Assembly: GCA_951406725.2 (NCBI GenBank)
Contig: OX597814.1
Coordinates: 87,110,001 to 87,174,000, forward strand
Origin: Octopus vulgaris
Taxonomy: Eukaryota
Length of the DNA: 64,000 nt
Direction: 5' to 3'
Both the position numbers and the translations under genes were made by a program. The notes under the pieces were generated by a model, which was not told the DNA's origin, searched no databases, and saw nothing but the letters and a program-made list of their open reading frames with translations. How positions within the stretch are numbered: position 1 is the stretch's first letter; every line of letters starts with the position of its first letter. This document shows positions 12,826 through 25,721 of the stretch, piece by piece.

Positions 12826-13216
12826 AGCAGTTGTTTGCAACAGGACTGAAGAATTCTCTCTATTCTGTATCAGTTTTTACTCAGAGTTGCTGCTCACCTA
12901 GATATTTGCCAGTGCTTCAGTATATAGAGTTCATGTTCCCTCTGATTTTGACACAGTTTTGCAGCTGGAGGTCCTTATCTGGAGTTACAGCCATCCTAGA
13001 AGGACTACATTTCCTGTGCCTTTGGGGGTCATATGAAAGCTCTCACTGCTATATGATAAAGTTGTGGTCACCATGTAGGTGGAGGGAAGGATGTTACATT
13101 GATATTTAATGGCTGCTGGGTATGCAGATGTCTCCATGAAGTAGGTAGACAGTGAAGTTAACAGGTCCTAGATTAATGTGGTTAGATACCTAACTGAGTA
13201 ACTTAACATTTTAGAC

Positions 13217-13405
13217 TGGTGGTTCCTAACCTGTGTACTAGGAGTCTATGAACTAAATTCAAATTTCACACACATGTATATATATATACATATATATATG
13301 TATACACACACACACATGCACATAAAGATAAGCATATTAAAAGGGGTCCGTAGGAAAACTCATTTAAATAAAAGGGGTCCTTTGTAGTGAAAAGGTTAAC
13401 CACTG
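13217..13405. mobile_element. hAT (Charlie-like) MITE
   Basis: Ends tggtggttcctaacc / ggttaaccactg; 8-nt TSD ttttagac / ttctagac. Confidence 0.75.
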
Positions 13406-14335
13406 TTCTAGACTAATGATGAATAGACAAGTATATCATCTGTCAGGTTCTATATGCTAGTATAGTGTTTCAGTTTTACCAAAGAGTTCAGCAGCGAGAG
13501 AACGATGACTGTATCAACCATTAGCAGTAGCTAAACGAAATGCTAAATGTACATAGGATAGGAGCTAGTGGTGACAATCTGAGGTTGACTTCACAATGTG
13601 GTGAGCTTCTTTCTATTGAGCACCTAACAATGTACGAAGTCTTTACTATGGTTGGGAGATTATGCATCTGTGATGCAAAGGGATGTAACTACTAAGGATC
13701 TGAATGAACATGGTAATCTTCAACTATTGGGTGTAATAATTACTTTTGTCATGTAACAGAAAAGGATCTAATAGAAGCAGTTTTGAATATGTTACCATCT
13801 CTATAGCTCCATAGTTTACCTGTCAAGGAACTGTATCCTAATAAACGTTATGGAAATTGGTGTTGGGGAAGGTGTGTGGGTGTGTGTGTGTGTGTATTAA
13901 ATTATCTTAATTTTAACACTTTCACATTATTATGAGATTAAATCCTATCAAAATTGACTTTACCTCTCTAGTTCATGAGTACCACTAATATACTAAGGTT
14001 AATTTAATTGACTACAGCCAATATTCTAGATATAACCAAAATATACAGCATATTACATTACTAGTGGAGTCATTATATAAATGTAATTGGGTAAAAGCTA
14101 GAACCCTATACAACATCATCAATATATGATCTTCGTAAAGAAGTGATGACATTTTTACAAGCAAACAGATCATGTCATGAAGTCAACTTCAAGCTACCAC
14201 TGCTAGCTCCCTTCCTGTATATGCTAAGCTATATAATAGGTTAAAGTGGCAAAGGTTGTAGATGCTGTTGTAGTAGTCAATAAATTAAATTATTATGAAT
14301 GTTTTCTAAACAATATCATTCTGGTTTTTGTATAG

Positions 14336-14492
14336 ACATTGGAAAAAGCTTATGGAAAATACTGGTCAAGTATTTGAGATGGACCCAGACACATTCACAC
14401 TAGAAAAAATATTTGCTATGGAACTGCATCGTTTTCATGATTGTATACAGCAAATTGTTAGCAGTGCAGTTAAAGAAATGGCTATAGAAAAG
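14336..14492 (+). CDS. DNAH10: DNAH10 exon w10
   Basis: tatag|A...AAG|gtgag; HWKKLMENTG...FTLEKIFAMELH...KEMAIEK. Confidence 0.94.
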
Positions 14493-14831
14493 GTGAGCAC
14501 TTAGACATACAATTTGTACTGAAAAAAAAAAAAAATGAATTTGTCAAATTTTTTTGTTGTTTTAGAGATTGTCTGTGCAATGAAAAAAGGAAGCTGCTGT
14601 TATGTCCATCTGCCTGTGCAGGTCTGTGAAAGGCAAACGGTAACCACAGGGTACCAGTGTATTAAGGTGGGCAGTGCCACCTGTCTTGGGGGAGAGCTTT
14701 CCATATGCATGCACACACGTATATCATGTCTCTTACTCTGTTCAATTTCTTGACTTTTGTACATAATTCTATGTACTGTACATGCACCTTAGATGAGTTG
14801 TAGTGCACCTGAGCACTATATACAATAATTT

Positions 14832-15560
<729 letters not shown>

Positions 15561-16194
15561 AATAATAATAATAATAATAATTTATTAAAAGAAAAGAGAG
15601 CCTCAACTCAAATTCTCTTGAAATTACTAATTCTATCTTGAATCTCTAAATTATTCTTCAAATTCAGTCATTAATATATGCAGCAGCTGAATGGCTAAAA
15701 TACTTTATCAAAATGCTAACACAATAGTGCATTTTGGGATTGTAGATCATAGCCATGAGGTTAAGAAATTTGTTTCACAGTCATTTGATGATCTGTGTTC
15801 AATCTCACTGTATGCCATGTGTGTACTACTTTGTGCTGGCCACACTCTTACAAGGGAAATTTGGTAGACAGAAGCTTTGCAGAGCTAATAACATGTGTGT
15901 GTGTATACATATGTGTGTGTATGCATATATATATTTATGCATGTGTGTATGATGCAAGCTTAGCTTATAGCTAAAGAAGTTCATTTCCCAAATATGTGAT
16001 TTCAAGTTCAGTCCCACTGCATAGCACCTTCAGCAAGTGTCTTCTACAACATCCCCCAACACCACCACCACCACCACCACCATCGCCAACAACAACAACA
16101 ACAACAAATAGCTATTACATGCACTGTTACAATAAACACAGTCAACTTGTTAACTTTGTAATTAGAAATGCATATCAAAAAGATAATCCTTTCT

Positions 16195-16315
16195 ACTATA
16201 GGCACAAGGCCTGAAATTTTGGGGGAGGGGACTAGTCGATTACATTGACACCAGTGCTTGACTGGTACTTATTTTATCGACCCTGAAAGGATAATGGGAA
16301 AAGTCAACCCTGGTG
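16195..16315 (-). mobile_element. Nin/Deu-domain SINE, 3' part
   Basis: Reverse complement contains atcctttcagggtcgataaaataagtaccag core. Confidence 0.75.
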
Positions 16316-16335
16316 AGATAATGACAGAAATATAA

Positions 16336-16768
16336 CTCTTTTAACTCTGTAACTTGTTTCAGTTATTTGACTGTGGCCATGCTGGAGTACCGCCTTTAGT
16401 TGAGCAAATCAACCCCAGGACTTATTCTTTGCAAGCCTAGTACTTATTCTATCAGTCGCTTTTGCCGAACCGCTAAGTTATGGGGACATAAACACACCAG
16501 CATCGGTTGTCAAGCGATGTTGGGGGGAAAAACACAGACACAGAAACATATACACACACATACATTCATATATATATATATACACACATACACACACATA
16601 TATACGATGGGCTTCTTTCAGTTTCCATCTACCAAATCCACTCACAAGGCTTTGGTCAGCCTGAGGCTATAGTAGAAGACACTTGCCCAAGGTGCCATGC
16701 AGTGGGACTGAATCCAGAACCATGTGGTTAGTAAGCAAGCTACTTACCACACAGCCACTCTTACGCCT
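16336..16768 (-). mobile_element. Full-length tRNA-derived SINE (family A, copy 1)
   Basis: Minus-strand head gtggctgtgtggtaagtagcttgctt...ggattcagtcccactg (A/B-box-like), internal microsatellite, aagagt-type tail; four close copies in window. Confidence 0.88.
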
Positions 16769-16952
16769 AAATATTCCAAAGCAGAAGAAACTATACAAAA
16801 TTCATATTGTTCCAGTTTAATCTCCAGACCTACCTCTTATTAATTTTATTAATCTTATTATTAATCTTATTAACATCATGTCATTTTTCTCCTGTTTGGT
16901 AATTTAAATTTTTTTGTTTACATTTTTTGTTCATGTTTGTTGCTTTTTTTAG

Positions 16953-17186
16953 GGTGTGAAAGAAGTTGAGGACATGTGGTCAAAAATGCTGTTTACTGTG
17001 GTGCCCTATATGAAAGGGACTTCAAACAGGGGTTATATTCTTGGCAGTGTAGATGATATCTTGCAAGCACTCGATGATACTTCCATGAATTTGCAGAGTA
17101 TGTCAACGTCTCGATTTATTGGGCCATTTCTAATGATTGTCCAGAGGTGGGAAAAAAGTTTATCGTTAATTGCTGAAGTACTTGAT
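16953..17186 (+). CDS. DNAH10: DNAH10 exon w11
   Basis: ttttag|GGT...GAT|gtaag; GVKEVEDMW...LQSMSTSRFIGPF...WEKSLSLIAEVLD. Confidence 0.94.
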
Positions 17187-17506
17187 GTAAGTTGATGACT
17201 TTAGAACACAATTCTATTATTTTATGATTTAAATTTGTAATATTTTCAGTACAGTGATAGAATCTAGAAATTTGTTGACATCAGTGTGTGTGTGTGTGTG
17301 ATGTCATTATGAAATAGCTTTAAAGAATTTGCATTTGGCAAAGTTTATAAAATGACTCATTCATCATATTTACTATTTTATTCACTCTGTAGAACAGAGG
17401 TGGGGAATGTCTCACGAAGCAGGCAAAATTTCTCTGAAAAATTTTTCTAAAAAAATAAAAATAAGCCCAATGAATAAAAAAATCCCTTTAAGTTTTAAGA
17501 TTAGAA

Positions 17507-17980
17507 CATCATCATCATCATCATCATTATCATTTAATGTTCACTTTCCATGCTAGCATGGGTTGGATGATTTGACTGATGTCTGGTGAACCTGATGGCT
17601 GTATCAAGCTCCAATCTGATCTGGCAGAGTTTCTACAGCTGGATGCCCTTCCTAATGCTAACCACTCCGAGAGTGTAGTGGGTGCTTTTACGTGCCACCG
17701 GCACGAGGGTCAGTCAGGTGGTACTGGCAACAGCCACGCTCAAATTGTGCTTTTTATGTGCCAGTCCACTGTCACTGGCAATAACCTCACTCGAATATTT
17801 TTTCATGTGCCACCAGTACAAGTGCCAGTAAGGCAACACAGGTAATGATCACGTTTGAATGGTGCTTTTTACGTGCCACCGGCATGGAAGCCAGTTTGTT
17901 GCTCTGGCAACAATCACGGTCAGATGGTGCTCTTAGCACTCCACTAGCACGGATGCCAGTCATCGAATTTGATTTCAATA
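17507..17980 (-). mobile_element. RTE LINE 3' UTR fragment with (GAT)n tail
   Basis: Reverse complement parallels 28720-29100. Confidence 0.8.
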
Positions 17981-19002
17981 ATTCAATACTGCTTGTTTTC
18001 AACATCTCATGAAGCCCAAATTCTGTTAACCAAAATGCTTGTCTAAATGTAATCATGAGTTGGAATACATATGACTTGATGACATATTAGTCATACCTTT
18101 ATTACAGCCAAAAAGCATCCATTATAACCTCCTCCTTGAAAAAAAAAAAAAAAAATACCCCCCTCCTCAAACACCTACTTGTGGGTGTTTATTCTGTCAT
18201 ATTCGGTATGGTTATTGGGTATGAATAGTTACTGGAAATTGAAGTTTTGTCTGGGTTGCATCATTAAAAAAATAAAAGCAATTTTGAATACTAGTAATAT
18301 TTAAAGTTTTGGAAATATGTTAAATCAGTATTGTAAATTGTATAAACGAGACCCCTTTGGTAAGAGAAAAAGACTTTCAGATCTCCTAAAAACTGCATCA
18401 GAGCTCTCCAAAGCAAATCAAAATCAACATTCTCCTTAGTAAAAGAAGCTTTGTTAAATTTAAAACATCAAACTCTGTGATGTTCTTGGAGATTTGGTAT
18501 TTAAAGCATTATAACTATTTGGGTAATTAATGGTATGATAACATTTTAATTAATGTTATTTAGTGTGATTATGTGCATACAACTGAATTTGTAAAATTAA
18601 AGGTTCAGTAGTTTTCTTAGTTTCAAAGTGCATCCTGTTGGTTCTTATGCAGTTTCCAATCACCCCTGAATTGAAAATGATTGTCTACTGTAGAGCAATG
18701 CATCAAGTGTAATACAGACCCAAATGTAATGTGAAATCATAGTTTTGCTTCAGAATCAGGTTCATAGTTTATGAACCAGTACACCTCCCCTACGATCATC
18801 CAGGGTAATACCTTTTCCATTTTGTCTATTGGGGCCATGAGAAATGTTTCCATATTGTGAGTGGATTAGGTAGATGGAATGGAAGTTGCAGTGCAGCTGG
18901 TAGGAAAAGTATTTCTGCTTGGATTTCATTTCATTTTGTTGTTTATGAATATATTTCTCTATGAGGAAATTCAATTTGGTCAATTGTTGTATCATATTTA
19001 AG

Positions 19003-19125
19003 CTTTGGATGTTGGTTCAACGTAAATGGATGTATCTTGAAGGTATTTTTATTGGTGGTGACATTCGTGCCCAGTTACCTGAAGAAGCCAAGAAATTTGA
19101 TCAAATTCATAAGACATTTAAAAAG
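19003..19125 (+). CDS. DNAH10: DNAH10 exon w12
   Basis: tttaag|CTT...AAG|gtaag; LWMLVQRKWMYLEGIFIGGDIRAQLPEEAKKFD. Confidence 0.94.
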
Positions 19126-19195
19126 GTAAGATATCATTAAATGATACTAATACAAATTGTTTGATAGAAATTTAACAGAAATTTTATGAAAGAAA

Positions 19196-19550
19196 TTATT
19201 ATTATTATTATTATTATTATTTCTTTTATCTCAGATTTTGTAGGAACTCCTGGAGTCTTGCATGCATAGCAGGCTTGCTGCCTGCAGCCTATGGTACCAT
19301 GCTAGCTGTTCTTTTCAGCTATCTAATACTTTCCTGATTATTCTGGCCATATCAAGGAGGCAAACCTTTTGTAACAGTTCTACTGGGCACTCTATTCCAA
19401 TTTCCTTTATATTCCTCTTGATGCCTTCTGATACTGTCCCTAATGATCCAACAATAATTGGCACTATCTTCATCTTCTTCATTTTTCATTGCTGGGCTAT
19501 TTTGTACATAAGAGGGTTGTATTTATCTATTTTTTTTAACCTTCCACCTT
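19196..19550 (-). mobile_element. Dong/R4-clade LINE 3' fragment ending in (TAA)n
   Basis: Minus translation KIDKY...KIVPIIVGSLG...LLQKVCLLDMARIIRKVLDS* resembles the restriction-like endonuclease C-terminus; one internal stop. Confidence 0.75.
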
Positions 19551-19781
19551 GACTATTTGTAGGTCAAAGGGGTACACAACATTTCAGTAATTATAGATGT
19601 GAAGTTAAGATGTTAGATGCAGACATGACTATCTGCACACACTTGCCTATGGGTACAAGCAGGACTGGGATTAAAAAGTTTGGTTTTGGGTTCTACTGAC
19701 TGGCACCTTGAGTGTCTTCTGTAATTTTGGCTATGTAGAATTCAGTAGATTAAAAATTGTATGAAAGCTCACCATATGTGC

Positions 19782-19790
19782 ATGTATGTG

Positions 19791-19822
<32 letters not shown>

Positions 19823-19866
19823 TGTATGTATGTATGTATGTATGTATGTATGTGTGTTTGTGTGTG
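19782..19866. repeat. (TATG)n microsatellite
   Basis: Seen directly. Confidence 0.95.
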
Positions 19867-20279
19867 TTTTTTGTAATTACTTATCCAACTATGTTGACAT
19901 GGAAAATGATTGGGTAAAAGTATATGACTATGCATTAAGGTCTTTCTAATGCCAGTGAATATTTAACAACTGTAAGTCATTAGGAATAATCAGTTGTCAA
20001 TTATTAGTCGTCAGAAATTGTGATTAACACCTAAGATCTGTTAACAGTGATAGTAGTTACACATGTCAATAGGATTATAAACCTTCCATCTAGACAAAGA
20101 AAAGTAAAGAGTATTAGTATAATTAAAATTTGAGACTGAACACATTCTAACAACAAAATTACTCAAATTAATCATTTTCTTATAATCTTTTCAAATGCAA
20201 ACTTTACAATTTGATGTGAGAGCTTCTTGAATTTTAATGCATAATAAATACAAATGAAACCCTGTTACTCTGTTTATAG

Positions 20280-20513
20280 ATTATGACTGAGACATACAAG
20301 AATCCTAACATCAAAGACTCATGTCATGCACCCAATCGTGCACAAGATTTGGAGATGTTAAGCCTGGGACTTGAGAAATGTCAGAAATCTCTGAATGATT
20401 ATTTAGACTCAAAGAGAAACTCTTTTCCACGGTTCTTTTTTATATCTGATGATGAACTGCTGAGTATACTTGGTAGCAGTGAACCAACATGTGTCCAGGA
20501 ACATATTATTAAG
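20280..20513 (+). CDS. DNAH10: DNAH10 exon w13
   Basis: tatag|ATT...AAG|gtgag; CQKSLNDYLDSKRNSFPRFFFISDDELLSILG. Confidence 0.96.
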
Positions 20514-20999
20514 GTGAGATCAACCGAAGAAGTATATATTTTGGATTATTTTTATTAACTGAGAATGGGTTAGTGAGATTAAAGATAAATTTATTAATCT
20601 TTGGTGTCATCTCTTAAATATGAATGAGTTTTGTCTATATGCATTTCATAACATTTTCTGTTTGATGTACAAAATTATTAGTGAAGATTTGTAATCAAGA
20701 ATTCTTAAGTTTCTTCTAACAATCATTTTGCCAATAGAATTTGGTTGATCTGTTGCATGTCATATCATTTTTGAAAGGAAGATTTATCTTCAATGACATA
20801 TAGAAACTTACTTTTTGCCAATGATGGTAACTCTATTCAAAAGCATTTACTGAAGCTGATGGTCAGAAATTTGAAAGCTTCTTTTTTTCATCTCTGTTTT
20901 TCATCTATGAAATAAATCTAGTAAGGTACTTTCTTATCATTATGTGTATTGTCTTTTCTGTATGCATTATTTTGCACAATTGGTAGTATACCAGGCAGA

Positions 21000-21160
21000 A
21001 TGCTTAGCAGCGTTTCATCTGTCCTTGTGTTCTATGTTCAAATTTCACTTCATCCTTTTGGGGTCAATAAAATAAATACCAGTTGAACACTGAGGTCGAT
21101 GTAATTGACTTACCCTCTCTCCAAAATTTCAGGCCTTGTGCATACAGCAGAAAGGATTAA
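21000..21160 (+). mobile_element. Nin/Deu-domain SINE
   Basis: ttcatccttttggggtcaataaaataaataccag core; boundaries approximate. Confidence 0.7.
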
Positions 21161-21393
21161 ACTATTAGTTACCAGACTTAAGGCTTCTGTTTCATGAGAT
21201 CTTTTTCTACCATAGGAATCTTACTGTATCCTAGACTAAGATACTCAATTTGATCTGTTCATGGTTTAATGCCTAACCCTTTGCTTGTCCAAAGTATTTT
21301 CATAAGTTTGTCCTAAATGCTCATGCTTGTGTTCAGACTTTTAGCTACTCCTTGTTTCACATGTTGTCCTTGATTCATATGTTTTCCCACATT

Positions 21394-21884
21394 CATCATC
21401 ATTTCATCATTGTTCGACCGTGGTCGAGACAATGGAATTTACCATGCTACGCCAGACTTCACGGTCCATCATGGCATTATGGAGGTCCTGTTGCTGGATG
21501 CCTGTATCCCTGGAGATTACATCAGGGTAGGAGAGTGTGCGCCCTCTGGTATTGCGAGTAGATGGCTTCCAGAGGAGAAGAGTAGAAATTACTTCTTTTT
21601 CAGCTCTACAACAATGTCCAGCAAACTGGACTCTCCTACCTTTCACAAGAGATGACACAGGTGGTAGTTTCCCATATATTTGCATTTTGGTTGGATGGCG
21701 CTTCCACGAGAGATTTTGAGCTCCCATAAGGAGGCGAGTGTAGGTTCCATCCAACCGCCTCTCAAGTTTCTTTGATAATGTCCAGGTTTCTGAGCCATAT
21801 AGTAGAATTGGTTCGACTGTGGCTTTGAATATTTCAAGTTTGAAGTCTCTACTTAGATTTGATGACCAGATCTTATGCATGTCA
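21394..21884 (-). mobile_element. 5'-truncated RTE-type LINE with 11-nt TSD
   Basis: Open frame KATVEPILLYGSETWTL...FAGHC...AMMDREVWR; (TGA)n tail; TTTCCCACATT at 21383-21393 and 21885-21895. Confidence 0.9.
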
Positions 21885-22154
21885 TTTCCCACATTACTCT
21901 AGTGGTTGAGAAAAAATTGGGAATGTGTATATGACATATGATGCATGGACACCAGGAATATGTGTCTTGTGTATTACATGATACACAGGACATGTAAAGG
22001 ATTGATTTAAAACTGTTAGATGTTAAATTCTTGGATCTTGGTGTATGAGTTTTAATCCTATTTTGAATGAATTGTGTGTCCTTGGGCAGCACACCTTACC
22101 TTCTTGGTTTTGATAAAGTGATTAATACTAGTAATTTTTAATTTTGCTTTGAAG

Positions 22155-22381
22155 ATGTTTGACAACATTGCTTCCCTTCGATTTGAAATTGGATCCAATG
22201 GTGAAACATTAGCTACAGCAATGATATCAGGTGAGAAGGAGATAATGGATTTCCGTCACCATATTATGGCTGAGGGACGAGTTGAAGATTGGATGACCAA
22301 TGTACTTAATGAAATGAGATCAACAAATCGTGTGATTACCAAAGAAGCAATATATTATTACTGTGCTAATAATAAAACACG
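22155..22381 (+). CDS. DNAH10: DNAH10 exon w14
   Basis: ttgaag|ATG...CG|gtagg; MFDNIASLRF...EGRVEDWMTNVLNEMR. Confidence 0.94.
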
Positions 22382-22554
22382 GTAGGTTTTGGACACTCTG
22401 ATTCATTTATTTTTATTTTAGAAGATTCAGTTTTAGTATCAGCAAATCTAGTATCAGTTTCTTGTTAATTCAGTATTCTTCTATTGAGCTGTTCTCTTTG
22501 TTTTCTTACCTGTTTTTGCTGCTGAGTATCATTTGTTGTTATAACATATATGTA

Positions 22555-22710
22555 CAGGTATGGCTGTGTAGTTGAGATGCTTGCTTCCCAATCATATGGT
22601 TTTTTGATTCAATCCCACTGAGAGGTACCTTGGGCAAGTGTCTTCTACTCTAGCCCTGGGCAGATCAAAGCCTTGTGAGTGAATTTGGTAGATGGAAACT
22701 GAAAGAAGTC

Positions 22711-22745
<35 letters not shown>

Positions 22746-22990
22746 TATATGCATATGTGTATGCGTGTGTGTGTACCATAGTGGTTTTAAATGAGTATCA
22801 TCATCATACAAATAAGGTTGTTTGTTTCCAGTCTTCTGTGAAAAGCATATTTAGCTATAGAAAAATATTACTTTGCTTGGAAACAGGTGAGAGCTGGCGA
22901 TAGGAAGGATATCTGGCTATGGAAAATCTACCTCGACAAATTCTGTCTGACCCATGCAAGCATGGAAAACTGGACATTAAATGATAATTA
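22555..22990 (+). mobile_element. tRNA-headed SINE with RTE-like tail
   Basis: Head tggctgtgtagttgagatgcttgct...gattcaatcccactg; tail acccatgcaagcatggaaaactggacattaaatgat. Confidence 0.75.
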
Positions 22991-23225
22991 TAAAATAAAG
23001 GCGACTGTGTTATAAAGTGGTTAATTGTAAAGAATTGAACAACAATAGGTCAAGTCAACAATAGGTAACAGAGTTATTGAGTGGAAAACTAAAATATTTG
23101 AATTAAAAAACTGTCAGCAGTAAAACAAATTATGGAGTGGCCAGTTGTAGAGAAGTTAATTAATTGAATTTTAGAATAATCAATATTAGATTGTGAAGTT
23201 CAAGAATGGTCTATTCTATTTTCAG

Positions 23226-23394
23226 AGTCCAGTGCATGTTTGACTATTTGGGAATGGTGTGTCTTGCTTGTAACCAAGTTTGGTGGACATGGCAAGTGGA
23301 AGATGTTTACAATAAAATCAAGAAAGGTACAAAGACGGCTATGAAGGACTATGCTAAAAAACTGCATGGTCAAATTGATGACATCGTTGTGCAG
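23226..23394 (+). CDS. DNAH10: DNAH10 exon w15
   Basis: tttcag|A...CAG|gtatt; GMVCLACNQVWWTWQVEDVY. Confidence 0.94.
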
Positions 23395-23699
23395 GTATTA
23401 TTTTCTTTTATATTCTTTCTTTGGTTTCCACTGTATGCTACCCTTTTGTATCTTACTGTGAGGATGGGTGATGGGTTATATAGGATAATATAAATCCTTA
23501 ACCATTTAAAAAATTCTTAGTTATAGTCATTTAACTTTTTTTTTATTAACTAATTCCCTTCAGAAATTCATGAATTTCTGAATTATAACCTCTTTTCTTA
23601 TTTAGAAATCTGAGGTTTTGTGTTTGTGTACAAAGTAATTAGTTCTAGGATCCAGAGTTATTGACTTCTACTGCTGACTCTTAATATTACATTTGTTAC

Positions 23700-23918
23700 T
23701 AAGGCAGTGAGCTGGCAGAACTGATAGCTCATCAGGCAAATGCTTAGTGACATTTTGTCCATCTTTATGTTCTGAATTCAAATTCTGCAGAGGTTTACTT
23801 TGCCTTTCATCCTTTCAGTGTCAATAAAATAAGTACTAGTTAAGTGCTGGGGTTGATGCAATCAACTTACTCCCTTCCTCAAAAGTGCTGGCCCTGTGCC
23901 AAAATTTGAAACCAATAT
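23700..23918 (+). mobile_element. Nin/Deu-domain SINE
   Basis: aaggcagtgagctggcagaa head; gcctttcatcctttcagtgtcaataaaataagtac core; tgtgccaaaatttgaaacc tail. Confidence 0.8.
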
Positions 23919-24459
23919 TATATTTGTTTCTGTGAAATTGCTTCCCATGATATGTTTTAAAATGCGATTGTAGATCGAATAGATGGAAAGCAAACTTCCA
24001 TTTTATAATACTCACTTATACAACTATTAGCTGTATCTATCTCAATACTTATAACGCACAGTATTTGAGCCTAATATTCAGTGATTCTAATATTCATCTC
24101 TTATTCAGTGTCCTTTATTTCTTATAGTGATTAACAGTGTCTCAGCCCTTAGCATGTACTTACATTGTGAGGAATGAACTGATGAGTTATAAGTTTTTTT
24201 CAGTGACATAACACGGCAGACAAGATCTAAATTATTGACTTTTTGGTTGGCCAGCTGATATCCTAATGATTTGTTCATTTGTGACTCTCACATTTACATA
24301 CAAACTAACTAGACAATAATTTTTCTAAGTTGCTCTATGGTTTGAAGGTAAAATGTCTGGGAACATAGAGTGCTGGGTTTTCTGATTTTCACTGCCAATG
24401 CACAGGGGTAATAAACATTGAAGATGTACAGAAAACAGATTCCATCATATGCCAGGGGG

Positions 24460-24780
24460 AAAACTAGAAGTAGTTGATAGCTTCTGTTACTTAGGTGACC
24501 AAGTCACTAGTGGGGGTGGATGCTCTGAGAGTGTATACTAGAAAAAGAAGAGCCTGGGCAAAGTTCAGAGAGTGCCTACCTCTGCTGGTAGCAAAGGGCC
24601 TCTTGCTCAGCGTGAAAGGTAGACTGTATGATGCATGTGTGTGAACAGCCATGCTACATGGCTGTGAAAATGGGCTGTGACTGCTGAGGACATGTGTAGG
24701 CTTGAAAGAAATGAAGTTTATAATGTCAATGTGCATACATGACAGAGTGTAAGTTGGACATAAGAAGCATGGGGCCATGC
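24460..24780 (+). mobile_element. Decayed fragment of the RTE family at 25.7-29.1 kb
   Basis: Parallels 27800-28100 (ttaggtgaccaagtc...gggcaaagttcagagag...acagccatgctacatgg). Confidence 0.85.
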
Positions 24781-24960
24781 ATTCACACATACACATAAGC
24801 ATACACACATACCATACACATGCATGTAATCTATATACGCTGGCTGTACCAAAATGGCACACACAATGCAAGTCTCAAATTCAAATGAAATGCACGTATA
24901 GCCACACACTCACACCCATACGTATATAGAAAAATTATACACACATACTCATGCATTCAC

Positions 24961-24996
<36 letters not shown>

Positions 24997-25091
24997 ACAC
25001 ATACACACACACAACTCAACTAAGTATAAAAGATCAGTAAATGATGTCTGCTTCTGACAAACTTATCAGTCATCCTTCTATATACTTTCAG

Positions 25092-25192
25092 ATTCGCTCA
25101 CCACTCAACAGAAATGATCGTGCAAAATTCAATACAATCCTCATCATTGATGTTCATGCTAGAGACATCATTGACAGCTTTGTTCGTGACAG
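25092..25192 (+). CDS. DNAH10: DNAH10 exon w16
   Basis: tttcag|ATT...AG|gtttg; DRAKFNTILIIDVHARDIIDSFVRD. Confidence 0.95.
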
Positions 25193-25721
25193 GTTTGTAC
25201 ATACACATACAAGTCTTTGTTTTAAATTATTTACATATTGTTGAAATTTACAGAAATCGTTTTATCATGTCTCTGAATACTGAATACTGAAAATTGTAAT
25301 GATGTCCATGCTACTGAGGTCAGCTTTGCCTTACAATCTCTCAGGGCTGAACCCCCCCCCCCCCCCAAAAAAAAACAAGTCAGGTGAGATGCATTGGCAA
25401 AACTACAAGAATGTTGGATGTGATGCCTTGTGGTATTATTTATTCTGGTTCTTTACATTCTGAGTTAAAATCTTGCTGTGGCCTACTTGAGTAATAGACT
25501 TAATCTGCTGACTGGTTTAATACCACTACTTGGTACCTCTGTTGTAAGCATTTAGTCTACATCTCCAGTTTAAGGATACCTTTATCTCTGTCATCCCTTA
25601 GTTTTAGAGGTTCTGTTGAAGGGTTAAGGACACTGCCTTCCTCCATAATTAAAAGATAAAAAATATCCAAATGTACTTATTTCCTTAATTTGTTGTCTCT
25701 CAGGAGGGTCACTACGCCATT

